A stretch of 45,053 bases of DNA, from contig NC_057720.1 in the NCBI RefSeq assembly GCF_004010195.1, positions 28,726,982 to 28,772,034 on the forward strand. The letters run 5' to 3'. Below the pieces are notes generated by a model. It ran no database searches and had not been told where the DNA came from. It saw nothing but the letters and a program-made list of their open reading frames with translations. Shown in pieces: positions 23,985 to 36,499 of the stretch; positions within the stretch are counted from its first letter, which is position 1; every line of letters starts with the position of its first letter. The position numbers and the translations under genes are program-made. The stretch is from Chiloscyllium plagiosum (Eukaryota).

Positions 23985-24730
23985 ATATACACACACATAC
24001 ACATTCAGTAATACGGATACACATATACACTCACTAACACACACATACACGTGCACACATACACACTCACTAACACAAACACATTTACACACTCGTTAAC
24101 ACATATACATTTACACACTCACTAACACATACACACTCACTATCACACATGCATACAAACTCACTAATACACATACACATTCACCAACACACACGCATAC
24201 ACACTCACTAACACACACACACGAACACACACATACACACTCATTAACAAACACATTTACACACTCGCTAACACATATACATTTACACACTCACTAACAC
24301 ATATACGCTCACTATCAAACATGCATACATGTACACATTCACGAACACATGCATGCAGACACACTCACTAACACACATACACATACATACTCACTAACAC
24401 ACNNNNNNNNNNNNNNNNNNNNNNNNNNNNNNNNNNNNNNNNNNNNNNNNNNNNNNNNNNNNNNNNNNNNNNNNNNNNNNNNNNNNNNNNNNNNNNNNNN
24501 NNNNNNNNNNNNNNNNNNNNNNNNNNNNNNNNNNNNNNNNNNNNNNNNNNNNNNNNNNNNNNNNNNCATAAACATACATACTTACTAACACACACACATA
24601 CACACACACACACACTCACTAACACACACCTACAGACACACACAGATACACGTACAAACACACACACATACACATATACACTCACTAACGTACACATATA
24701 CACGCACACATACACACACACACACACACC
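23985..24730 (+). repeat. CA-rich compound microsatellite with recurring acactcactaacac unit (gap 24403-24566 inside)
   Basis: Visible directly. It includes a longer duplicated unit, acacatttacacactcg(t/c)taacacatatacatttacacactcactaacacat, at ~24079 and ~24251. Confidence 0.95.
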
Positions 24731-25389
24731 CCTAATAAAAACAAACAAAAACAGATTTTTATTTGCAGAGATTTATATTAATAAACACACTCTTGGCAAA
24801 TAAGTCTTGGATCTTTAAGGAATAAAAAGTATGAAGTTTGAAATGTTCAGGCGGCTTTGGCTTAAAATTTTGGCAAATAAATATGAATGTCGCTGAAATA
24901 TTGACCATCTCTTTCAGAGGCTTCTTAAGCAACTGCAGTGGGACCAGGTACAACACGAGACCACGGCAAAGGCTGTTTCCAGAGAAACAGGAAATCTGAA
25001 CTGAGAAGCTTCTTTCATTCAGCAGCTACCTCTCAAATATTCCAAGTGATATCCAGAGCACAACTTGGAACCTCTTGGTTATAAGCCACCTAAATTTTCT
25101 CCACTAAACAAAGCATTGTCACAAGACAAGTGACTATTAAGGAATGCCTGGTTAAAATATAATTCTAATGTCCGCTCTTTGACCTCTTTTAAATAATCCA
25201 GTTACCCATAATCCTCCAAACTCAAGTTTATTCAATTTATAAAATATGATGTCTTCATATCACATGCTATGGGACAGAGTTATAGATCCATGCTCAATGG
25301 ATTGGGTTAAAGTTCTGTAGTTTTGCCACTTCTTGTTGGGAAGTTGCTGGTATACAGCTAAACCACTAATTATGTAAATATTTTCATTC

Positions 25390-26120
25390 TTACTGAAGGC
25401 AGAGCCAACACAAGTGTAAAAGATAAAGACAAATATCTGCAATTTTCTTCAAACAGAAGTATCACGTGGGTGATCCATCTCAGCCTCCTCCAGAGGTCTC
25501 CATCAACACAGAAATAATTCTTCATTGAATTTGGTCCAAAACATGTTGTATCATGGTGCTGGATTAGTTCAGTTTAGATTAGATTAGATTACTTACAGTG
25601 TAGAAACAGGCCCTTCGGCCCAACAAGTCCACACCGCCCTGCCGAAGCGCAACCCACCCATACCCCTACATTTACCCCTTACCTAACACTACGGGCAATT
25701 TAGTATGGCCAATTCACCTGACCTGCACATCTTTAGACTGTGGGAGGAAACCGGAGCACCTGGAGGAAACCCACGCAGACACGGGGAGAACGTGCAAACT
25801 CCACACAGTCAGTCGCCTGAGGCGGAGTTGGCTAGATGGCTTGACCTGTGCAGAATGACACCAACAATGTGGAGGTTTAATTGTTTTTTTTTGACTGTGT
25901 CATCTACGGGGGGCTGCTTCTTTGCTTTTTCCAAATATCATGTGGATTGACAAACCTCGAACTATATAACCACTTGTGGTCTATAGCTAATTGCCTTACT
26001 TTGCCTTGTGATATCAAGAAATGGCTAAGTGTGCTGGATCTGGCAAAGACGGTGGACCCTGGCAGCATCTCAGCTGCAATACAGAATACTGGTTCTCCAA
26101 CAATCACTTTTGCTGCATCT
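25390..26120 (+). mobile_element. Decayed CR1/L2-like LINE pre-RT fragments (~25390-25560 and ~25930-26120) flanking SINE insertions
   Basis: SVKDKD..IFFKQKYHVGDPSQPPPEV and PCDIKKWLSVLDLAKTVDPGSISA resemble the pre-RT 'L..LD..KA.GPD.I' region. Confidence 0.55.
25575..25825 (-). mobile_element. HE1-type V-SINE, 5'-truncated
   Basis: (ttaga)n tail; the body stops at cgcctgaggcgg, before the B box. Confidence 0.92.
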
Positions 26121-27096
26121 GAACATAAACCTAAGCCATGAATGTGACTTAAACTCTCAACTTTTTAAATCAAGGCTGACAATTCTGCAATTTCCTGTTT
26201 TCTTTATATATTCATGCTACAGAAGGGTTCAATAAAGAGCTTCATGTTAGTCTGGAAATAAGAATTTATGGTGGAGAACTTTTAGAAACACTTTCTTTAT
26301 AAAACTAGTCCTTAAGGGCTATATTTTATGAGTTTAACGTAGTTTAGGACTTTTTTGGCAGTGAATCACGAGTGACTCAGCTTTGTGCTATGACATTATT
26401 TTCATTCCTTAGGGCATCACAATTGTAACTGGTTTCTGTAGAGCTGAGCTGAAAGGACGTGCATTCAGTTCTCAACTCAGATCGGTCCATCAGAAGGAAA
26501 ACAATATCAATATCACTTCACTTCTCACACATCACACTCACACTCAGCGAGACAGCATTTTGAAAACACCAGTAATAATTTAACAAAGAGACAGCTTAGA
26601 GCAAAATGAAAGATTGTTGGTGAACAATTGAATAGGACTTTCCTATATTATTACTTTCTAAAGGAATTGTGGTATGCAAATCTTCTTCACAGATAAATAA
26701 AAAAGCATGAATAATTTGTGTATCAGTTTCCGTATCCTGTCAAATCTGTTAGTCCATAAATGAGAAGGCAGGCTAAACTAAATAAGTGAGGAGTATCTTA
26801 TGCTGTGTTTTCTATTTAACAGCACTCTATCAACCATATAGCAATGATTATTCACACAATTCTGTAGGGCTTTTTCAGTTGAAGATGAGACTACACAGAT
26901 GTAATGGTGACTGGATGGCTAGGTCGGCATGGATGAGTTGGAACGAAAGGTCCATTTCAGTGCTGTACATCTCTATGACTCTATAACTCTTTATAGAATG
27001 TCTTATGGCGATGTAGAAAACATTAGTGTAAATAATATTTATAATTTCCTATCAAGAGGGGGATGCAGAACATTAGGATTAATTTATTTACCATTA

Positions 27097-27312
27097 GGGG
27101 TGTCACAGTGGGTAGCACTGCTGCCTCACAGCACCAGGGTCCCAGGTTCGATTCCAGCCTTGGGTGACTCTCTGTGTGGAGTTTGCACATTCTCCCTGTG
27201 TCTGCATGGGTTTCCTCCCACAGTCCAAAGATGTGCAGGTCAGGTGAATTAGCCATGCTGGACTGGTTGGACCGAAGGGCCTGTTTCCACACTGTAGGAA
27301 ATCCAATCTAGT
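27097..27312 (+). mobile_element. HE1-type V-SINE with internal deletions
   Basis: gtgtcacagtgggtagcactgctgcctcacag...ggttcgattcc...gaagggcctgtttccacactgta. Confidence 0.85.
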
Positions 27313-27701
27313 CTTCAGTGCTTCGTGGAACACAATTACCATTGGCAGGTTTATGAGCAATGAAAGTTGGTGACATTTTATTAAAATGCTTTGCACATGT
27401 TTACTGTACTCTGGGTCAGTTCGAATGACATTTATACAGGACAGCAGTGGTCAGGATCACCCAAACAAGGCAAAAGTGAACATGAAAGCCCCATATTGAT
27501 TGAAGTGAATTTTGATGAGTGGAGGGAGCAGTTAGAAAAGATTTAGTCAGGGAATCTGAAATCAGTGCTCCACGACATGCTGTGGAGTTAGAACACCACT
27601 GCTTGCATTACTTCCACAAGCAGGTTCTGCACTCACAAACCAGACTGACTTGATGTGATTTTGCCTCCTGAAGAGTATATTAACAGATGCAGTATTGTTT
27701 A

Positions 27702-28330
27702 TGTTATCCCTCATAACATAAGAAACTGGGCATGAGTATTATGGTATTCATGGATAAAACAGACATTCAAATAACCTTGTATTCACTGGCACATAGGAAT
27801 CTGGGTTGATGATAAGCTCTTGTACAATGTCATGCTTCAAGCATTCCCAGGGATATTTTATATCCTCAGCTCACATACAATGATATAGTGATGATATCAT
27901 GAGCCTCTCTCTTAAAGGGATACTGATATACTGACTGTGATACATAACATTCCTCCTTTCCCAAAGATAAAAACTTAATGGATATACATGGATGTATATA
28001 AGCACACATTCTATAATTATGAAATTGGCAAAAGGGTAAAACATAGTTTAGAAGACCAGCATTTCAAACTTCAATGTAATGCTTTAAAGGTTTAACAACT
28101 CATTCTAATCTGGTGACCATCTACAGATGAATGCATTGTTTACAGTTGCACTTGATGGACAACTTAATTGTCTTGCTGTGGATTGGTGTCAGTCAATACT
28201 ACTATTCAATTATCATTGTGAGAGTATTCTTCCTCACTGAATTCATGAAAGATTGGTGTGCTGTACATTGGTCTGAGCTGACTTTTACTCTATCGCAATA
28301 ATATCTGTAAAGTAAGTGGCACCAAGACAT
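27702..28330 (-). mobile_element. Gypsy-like 3' end: integrase tail, polypurine tract and 3' LTR (LTR 27702-27949)
   Basis: Minus strand: LR*SKSQLRP (~28270-28300), VTRLE*VVKPLKHYIE (~28070-28118), then purine tract gggaaaggaggaa (27950-27962) directly before an LTR bounded by tgttat...ataaca. Confidence 0.7.
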
Positions 28331-30726
28331 ATTGACATGTACATGCAGGAAATCTGGCTCTAAACCCCAGGCCCCTCAACAAAATATAGGCAACCAACAA
28401 GAAATTCAAGCCTTATTATTATTCTTTTAACTTTAACTTTGGGAAAGTCATACTTTGTGAACGTCAGAAAACATGACAGCTACATCCATGCAAATGCCTT
28501 GTGCATCCAGGTTTAATCTACCTGCGTCATCTCACGTGCCTAGCTGCATAACTCCAGGATAGGACACACCGAACCCTCCCTGTGTCATAACCATCTACAT
28601 GGGATCTCTGAGTTATCCCTTCTCCCAGCCCTCTCCAAACAATGCTGTTCCCTGCCTTACCCCACTTCAACAGACCTCTGATCTTCTTTCTGGATCTCTC
28701 TCCAGATCCCTGATCTTCACCAGATGTTGAAGCTCCCCCTCCTCCTGATCCCTGACCTCCTGTCCTAGACTTTTAACATTTTACTTCATAGGCCAACATC
28801 CTTCTTCAAGGCCTCCAACCACCCCATTGTCTTGGGATCACATATAGGCAGGATGTGTGATTGCCTCTGTAGAATAGAACTCCATTCTCTATTCCAATTG
28901 AATTCCACTGCCACAATTGCCACTGGTCTGATGCATGGGCATGTCTTGTGGCCTTCACTGAATTGTTTCCTGTGATAGGGTTATGGTTAGAATAAGGATG
29001 TATTATGGATAGATTGTATTATTCAATGTCCTAATATAAAATACTTAAAAATAAATTTGTTCTCAAAGCACTTTGTTTCCTGTTGAATACTATATGAAAC
29101 AATAGTGAATAAAATTCTGCACTTCATAATTTGTACAGATTAGCAGACCTTGGTTGCAATACAATGATTGGGCATTGAAAAGATACTTCAGGCAATTATC
29201 AGAAAGAGAAGAAAAGAGAGAGATGAACATAGCAGTAATTCATTACTTTCATGATGTGGATATATGTATGGGGGAAAGAAATATAGAAAGTATTTTTTTC
29301 TTGATTGTTGGTTTGTTTTGCCTCTCTCTCTCTCTCTTTCTCTCCATTCCAAGCAGCCAAAGGACATGTTTATAGCAAATTGAATATGGAAAACCCAATT
29401 TCTGTGCATGCAAGTTGAGACTCTGAAAATGTACATCAGTAACATAGTAAGCACGACAAGTGGATATATTGCTTGTAGCAAGCTATAATTCTATATTGCA
29501 TGTGAAAAATGAATGACCTCTGGAACTGTTGCTTGGCCTGTAATTCCTAGCAACTGAGATATTGTTTTTCATTGTCAGGGCTATAATGACATAAACCCAT
29601 TTATGCATCCTTTATGAATTTTTTGCGGTTGATTTTTGAATTTTCATCTACCTAGTTTACTAAATGGATGAAACAATCCTGCTAAGACTTTGTGATTCTC
29701 CATTCTGATTTTTTTAATAAGGAAATTGCGTAATCACCATTTATTGCACATCACTAATTGCACTTCGGAAGGGCAAAAACAAATCAATAGTTATCACATT
29801 CACAATGAAACAGTTAAGAAAGGCATTACTATCAGTGAGTAATCTGCTTCTTTCCAACCAGTGATCAGAAACTGATTTAGGGAAATTTTAATATGCTCAG
29901 CCATCTATAACTGATAATAAACTAAAGGAATATCACTGTCTTTCAAATCAACTGAAATAGCAGTAGATAAATAGAACTAAAAAAACCTAACAGCGAAAAA
30001 CACTGACCAAAAAACAAACATGCTGAAGTACCCTGTGCTTACAGCCTAACTGTAAAACATTAATATAAATATTCATCAAGCAATATTGTTTTATTAGCAC
30101 CTCCTTGATCATTTAGTGTGCTGATGCCACTTAACTTCATGAGTACATCTTCATTTACCTTTGGGAAAGAGGAGCCCAGTGGGAAGGTGACTCTTCAAGA
30201 AAGATTCTGAAAGCTTCCTGGCCCATTGGGTTTTCACCAAATTGCAAAGGTTAAACAATGATTAGAGGATGCTACCACTTGGAAGTAAAAGGTCAAGTAT
30301 GAGTTTAGAAAAACTGTCAGTGATTATAAAGCCTACTAACATTCATATTCATTTTGATTTTCACAAAGGCTGAGTAACACAGTGTGTGACAAAACCCAAC
30401 TGTTAGTACAATAAGTTTCAGTGCATGAAATGAAGTTAGCAAATGAGTGATAGAATGGTACAGCTTTCCAATCTCTGCAGGCTTGCTGCATTGGGCTACC
30501 TTATATGGCATGGCTGCATCTGGGAGCAAAGAGACTAGAGGATTTCAAAGTGGCATTGAGGTAGTTAATTAACCATGATCTAATTGAATAGCAGAACAGA
30601 CTTCTGGACTAAATAGCCTGCTCCTTTCCAATGTTCTGATAGGACAGAGTGCCTTCACTGCCATTGACAATGCCTCTCTACTGTATGTTAGTTGAAGATA
30701 CCTGTTTGACTGCATTTTTATTCTAG

Positions 30727-30928
30727 GTAAAAACAATGACTGCAGATGCTGGAAACCAGATTTTGGATTAGTGATGCTGGAAGAGCACAGCAGTTCAGGC
30801 AGCATCTGAGGAGCAGCAAAATCAACGTTTCGGGCAAAAGCCCTTCATCAGGAATAAAAGTCGATTTTGCTGCTCCTTGGATGCTGCCTGAACTGCTGTG
30901 CTCTTCCAGCCCCACTAATCCAAAATTT
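30727..30928. mobile_element. Penelope-like inverted-repeat element with 13-bp TSD
   Basis: atttttattctag at 30714-30726 and 30929-30941; inverted arms ~30760-30825 and ~30860-30925. Confidence 0.85.
30820..30855 (-). ncRNA. Minimal hammerhead ribozyme core motif
   Basis: The minus strand reads auuc-CUGAUGA-A-GGGC-UUUU-GCCC-GAAA-CG-UU-gauu, with a palindromic ACGU in place of stem III. Confidence 0.6.
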
Positions 30929-31219
30929 ATTTTTATTCTAGTTTATTTTGCTTCTTTAAATGCTTGACTATATACACATGCAGCTATGACAACGTGAGGT
31001 CTTTAATGGGACATCATTTTTCACATTTCTAATATGAATAGTTTTGAACAATGATTTGCTCACACTTAAATACTATTTTTCCTCTTGTTCATGTACTTCA
31101 TGCATATTATCAATAAATCAATAACCATGATGCATACAAGTCAAAGTGTACTCAATGAATTGTAATAAAGCTAAAACATGTAAAACTAAGATACAATAAG
31201 TTTAAAAAATATGTAGGTA

Positions 31220-31500
31220 TGAGAACTAAATAGAATATCTCCAAGTTTGCAGATGATGCAAAGGTGGGTGAAAGGGTAAGCTGTGAGAAGCGAGCACAGA
31301 TACTTTATTATGAATTGGACAAGTTGAGTGAGTGGGCAAATACATTACAGATACAACATTATGTGGATAAATGTGCAGTTAGCTACATTGATAGCAAAAA
31401 CAGGAAGGCATTTCATTATCTGAATAGATTGGGAAAGGAATTGCAATGACACCTGGGTGTTCTCGTACACCAGTCATTGAAAGTAAGTATGCAGGGGCAG
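31220..31500 (+). mobile_element. CR1-type LINE RT fragment
   Basis: ISKFADDAKVG and LDKLSEWANTLQ. Confidence 0.8.
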
Positions 31501-31559
31501 AATCTGCTTCCACAAGCCACCCTTATGGATCTTGCTTACCTGTAAGTTATATGATCATT

Positions 31560-33925
31560 TCTGAATTAATTGCAAAGATAAATGGTTACTTAAAAACATG
31601 GGTGGAAGGGCATAAGTATGTAAACCTCATTGGTCTTTGATGCATCCTAACTGTCTGTCTCTCTTACATTGTTCACCCCCTTCTTACATAACCATATTTA
31701 AGGAAGAATAAGTCAGGCATTCCAATTTCTCAGTTACGATGATCATACCCAAAAATGTGATAATGTCATTAATACAAACCTTTCTGACCAATGGAAGGAA
31801 AATCTTGCATTGCTATTACAGAAAAGATAAGTTGAAACGTTTAATATTGCTTGACTGTAATGGAATCGTCATACTTCATACGAGCGCTGTTAATAGCAGG
31901 AATAGCACTTTTTACAAGTTGAACTTCGCATGTAGAACATTCACCAACATTGTTTAATATTTCTTATTCCATTAGAGACATTTCAATTTCAAAAGGAACA
32001 TTTGGGAAAAATTGTTTGGTTGGACAGAAATGTCTATCACTATTGTAACCTTGGAGGCTGTAGAATTTCCAGAGTTCTCCTAAGCACCTGCCTCATCAGA
32101 TTTGCTCTAAAGTAATAGTGTAAACAGCTAAAATCCAACATTTATTAATGCCATTCATCTAGGACTTATGATGATCTTTCATTAAAGTTATATCAGGAGA
32201 TCAGGAGACTGGGAGATATTCTTCCCAAAGTCACTTGTAGTTGAACTGTCGTCTAGATGGTCAACAGATAGAGAAGCATATATTCCAAGCTAGGCCACGA
32301 GGCAATGTGAATGGCTTTGTTTGAGTTTCTTTGGATATCCATCTTGGAGGTGGACAGACCCATGTTCACAATTTGCCCATAATTAGTTGAATATCATCTT
32401 CAGAGATTATTTTCTGAGACAAACATTACTCGAAATATCTTCTGGTGCAGTGAAAATTCTGTGATTGCACGAGATGAAAGCTTCCTCTGGTTGTCTTTAC
32501 TAGGTTAAGTTTTATGTGTTTTCTGGAACTGTAATATGCTTCTAGCCCAGACAGGACAATTGCATCTAAATGAAGGGTTCAGAAGTTTAAAAAAGCTGTA
32601 ACATACCATTTACTTTTATTAGGCACTGAGAAATGAAATCTATCTGAAAAATGTGACAAGTTCTTCTGCACCATTTCTTTGAAATGACTTCAACATCATG
32701 AAAAATTATTAAGAAATTGAGTTTGGGCCCAGTGTAAATATGCTGCTGTTTTTTTTATTGCCAGTTTTCATGCTACTGCTAAGGACCAATTTCACTAATC
32801 CACCCCCTGCAACTAATTTTATCCACAGAGGCACAACGGACTTCCTGCACTTCCTCCATCTGATGCAATAAACTGATGGCAAATATGTATTTCAAATGGA
32901 TTCATCCCATTGAATGACGTCTTTGTATGATGACAATTTCTGTTTGAAATTCGAAGTTCATTTGATTCCGATAAGAGTTCACCTTGGGTATTTGTAAACA
33001 ATAATATTTCTAAAGCTACGGTCTTTATGAGACCTTACTTTTAGTTCGACATGCTGCTTTTTTCAGTCATTGTCCTATTCTGTAATACTTCCTGTATATA
33101 AAAACTCCTAAGTTGAAAATCAATTTTCTGCATGCTGATTAATCATATTCACCATTTGATGCTTCACAGAAAGAGGCAAGGAAGGACATTGGTGAAGCAT
33201 CACTTGTAAATCAAGGAGTGAATCACCAAACAGTGGTAAAGTTTGCAGCCTGCAAGTAGAAGAAAACAGACAATTCACTTGAAAAGGGCAAAAAGACTAA
33301 TGAAAGCAACCCACTAGATGTGCATCAAAAATAGATATTGCAGTATTGTAATGTGTTATAATGAGCAGAAGCAAATGTATTCCAACAATAACTTCTTTAA
33401 ATGAGTGTTCATTTAGAAAGGCCAAATCCTTGGGATCAAACATTTTTGATGATGCAATTGATAACAATTAATGACACTCTTCATGGAACAGACTTTCAGA
33501 AAACTTTTGATGTGTTCCATCTGCTTATGACAAAGAATCTTATTGATTGACAGCATGAGTCTTAAATTTGCTGTCGTATCCATTTTGCAGAGAAAAGGAA
33601 AATGCCAACTGAAGGCTGCACTGATGATCAAAGCAAATTATACATGTTTCAGACTTTTGAATGTGGGTTCTCGCAACTTGCATGGTAGAAAAAGCTCTTT
33701 GAGATGGGCCCAGCAGTTTTTTGCTCACTTGACCTTCAGAATAGAGGATCTGAATTTATCCAGCTCACCAGTAAACTAATGTAACATGTGGGATGTGGAG
33801 GAAACTTGAGCAGGACAGGGAGCCACACCCTCAGATGTGTAGCACTCAATGCAAGTGATAATTGTCTGATACCACTGAAATATGATTTGTGTTCCATTAT
33901 TACAAATGAAACACCAATATCAGAA
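31560..33925 (-). mobile_element. Very decayed LTR-retroelement/ERV-like pol (RT, RNase H, second RNase H, integrase)
   Basis: Ordered degenerate motifs across frames: LVY..LD..ILYS then HLKELF/STMQVA..C (RT); TSDASP; FIASDGGSAGSP; HIYT; VWAR/KH..PEN; H-X30-CSTC; YLF..RFSFHWSE; IGMPD......G; PFHP. Confidence 0.5.
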
Positions 33926-34954
33926 TTGCAGGATTTAATTTAATTCCCATCAGGAGCATCCCCAGCAGTTCTTGGCATCAAGAATGCCGATGTGAGTTCT
34001 TATCAATCACCATTGAAAAGGACCACAGGCAGTAAGATTGAACATTTGAAAGACGAGTTTTTCATGCTTAAAGCGGCCAATTCAAGCATGTTAACTTTGT
34101 TATAATTTTAAAATCTTCAGCCAGTATAACCTGCCAACACACATTGTGAAGAGCTATTATAACACCCATTTACAGCTGAAACCATAAAGTAGTTTAGTGA
34201 GCAAATGATCTTGATCTCAGGAAATTCATCTGGGTTAGTGACATGGAGTAGGAACCTCTCACCAAGCTTTTCACTGTGGTGGTGAGAAAATTCAAGGCCA
34301 TGGTTTTTAAAGGTAACTGACTATTAGGTTTTTTGGCTAAGTCTGAAATGCATGGAATTGCTTGGAAGATTTCTCACTGTGCGACCTAATGAGTTTCTAA
34401 CTGTATCCTGCCAATCTCACCTCATTAATTATCTACTAGGCCCCTATTGTGTTCCTTATGTGCACCATTTCTGGAGCAACTTGTCATTCACTGGGTATCT
34501 ACTCAAAGACTGGCATCTTTGAAATGACTAGTGGACCTGGATGACCACTGGCATTCTGAAAGTGCTCTATTTATTGACAGAGAGAATTGGAACCTAGTGG
34601 AGAAGGCAAAGATGACACCGAGTTTTTCTGACAGGGACCTGGATGTCCTGTGAATGGGATGGTGCAAAGGACTGAAGCCCTGCCAACAGACCCTACTATC
34701 CGGGTCTGAAGTCATTACTTGGGCCAATGCCATCTCCAGGGTGCAGAGGAATGGCCAAAATGTAGAAAGAAGGATGATGACCCTCCCTGCTTCACCATGG
34801 TAAGTGCCACAGTCTTCTCTCAGTTACTCAAACTATCAGTGCCATTGCACACAACTCTCACCAAGACTCATGCCCCTCACGTGTGACTGCAATCCACATA
34901 CTTCTACCTCAGCCTCACACACTACTAACCCTGCATGCCCTCTACACTCATCAG

Positions 34955-35165
34955 GAGAAAGTGAGGTCTGCAGATGCTGGAGATCAGAGCTGGAAATGTG
35001 TTGCTGGAAAAGCGCAGCAGGTCAGGCAGCATCCAGGGAACAGGAGAATCGACGTTTCGGGCATAAGCCCTTCTTCAGGAAGAAGGGCTTATGCCCGAAA
35101 CGTCGATTCTCCTGTTCCCTGGATGCTGCCTGACCTGCTGCGCTTTTCCAGCAACACATTTCCAG
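34955..35165. mobile_element. Penelope-like perfect hairpin element with 15-bp TSD
   Basis: ctctacactcatcag at 34940-34954 and 35166-35180; 91-bp inverted arms 34986-35076 and 35079-35169. Confidence 0.9.
35046..35081 (-). ncRNA. Minimal hammerhead ribozyme core motif
   Basis: The minus strand reads uuc-CUGAAGA-A-GGGC-UUAU-GCCC-GAAA-CG-UC-gauuc. The plus-strand arm lacks the initial CU. Confidence 0.6.
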
Positions 35166-35825
35166 CTCTACACTCATCAGTCATTTATAAACCTCATCAC
35201 CTTTCCCCCAAAATACACCAAGACTAAGACCTGTAGACACTGCCATTTCACTCATTTCCCTCTTTTTCTTATTGCAGGAAAAGACAGCATATAACAGGTT
35301 ATAGTAAGGTTGTATGGGTGGGGGTGGTGTCCCTCACAGGGAGAAGACTGAGACCACTCCTGCAGAGATGCCGAGACATCCATGTCCAACCAAAAGAAGA
35401 AGCCACTACCATGCTCCCATTAACCTGCTGTCACTCCCAATCATTGCACACCGCTTTCAAACACTGGCCACAACATCCTCTTTCTCTTTTATCTTGCAGG
35501 TTTCATTAGCTTCCCTATAATGTCTGCAAAGAAGGAGCTGTGTGCTGAAGGACTGCTCCCTTGGACATCTGACGCCAAAACTACGGAGATCTCAGATACA
35601 AGATCAGTAAGGCTGCCTTTTGCACTCCTCACTTATTGTCCCAGATACAGACACATTGCACAGCAGCCACAAAGCAATACTGCTGATAGCTCATAGCCAG
35701 CATGGTTGATACTCCTTCATGTATACAATACCATTCTCTCACCCTAGTTATTCGCTACATCCCAACTAAACACCTTCTTTAACTCACTGCTAGACTATCT
35801 CCAATGCCTGCTGGAGACCCACATA

Positions 35826-36153
35826 TGGGCGGCACGGTGGATCAGTGATTAGTATTGCACCAGGGATCCAAGTTCGATTCCAGTCTCAGGCAACTGTTTG
35901 TGTGGAGTTTGCACATTCTCCCCATGTCTGCATGAGTTTTCTCTAGGTGCTCTGGTTTCCTCCTACAGTCCAAAGATGTGCAGGTTAGATGAATTGGTCA
36001 TGCTAAATTGCCCGTAGTTCAGAGATGTGTAGGTTAGGTGCATCAGTCAGGGGTAGATGTAAGAGAATGGGTCTGGGTGGATTACTCTTCGGAGGGTCGG
36101 CGTGGACTTGTTGGGCCAAATGGCCTGTTTCCACACTGTAGGAATTCTATGAT
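35826..36153 (+). mobile_element. HE1-type V-SINE (older subfamily)
   Basis: gggcggcacggtggatcagtg...gttcgattcc...ggaattctatgatt tail. Confidence 0.88.
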
Positions 36154-36499
36154 TGTCATTGTCCTGGTGGGGAACATCACTTACATGTAAACAAGTGGAC
36201 AATTCCAAAGATGGGCTTTTATTTACATTTAAAAAAAAACAAACAAAATGAATAGTTCATTATTCAGTTCAATATTGTAGACGAAATACTAGCATGGTGA
36301 CTAGTGATGGTTTTACATTCCACAATGGTCTTCAGTTCTCATCTACTGAAACCGGGTATCAGTCAGGTCCTGTCTGGTTTATAGCATCTGATGCCATTGA
36401 GTTCTGTCATGCACCAATGAAAACCATCCTCCTCCCCAGTGTCCTTATCCATCACAGAAGGCTGTTTCTCTTCCAGTTCTTCAGCACCCAGCACATAAC

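Larger units (their letters stand above)
34590..35600 (+). pseudogene. Harbinger-associated Myb/SANT-like gene relic with introns
   Basis: TPSFSDRDLDVL/NGMVQRTEAL...NAISRVQRNGQ/CRKKDDD, then donor GTAAGT at 34800 and acceptor ctttttcttattgcAG at 35277. Exon 2 reads EKTAYNR...GGGGVP; a further acceptor lies at 35499. Confidence 0.7.

Noticed and set aside
23985..24730. Periodic acactcactaacac repeat resembling a CRISPR or telomeric array
   Set aside because: The spacers are low-complexity CA runs and not unique sequence. The context is eukaryotic, and the unit is not TTAGGG.
26361..26382. AP-1/ARE-like motif gtgactcagc next to gtgaatcac
   Set aside because: A short motif like this is expected by chance in 45 kb, and there is no supporting evidence.
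32837..32870. DGGSAGSP as a serine-protease active-site motif
   Set aside because: There is no His/Asp context. The neighbouring motifs fit RNase HI within a pol better.
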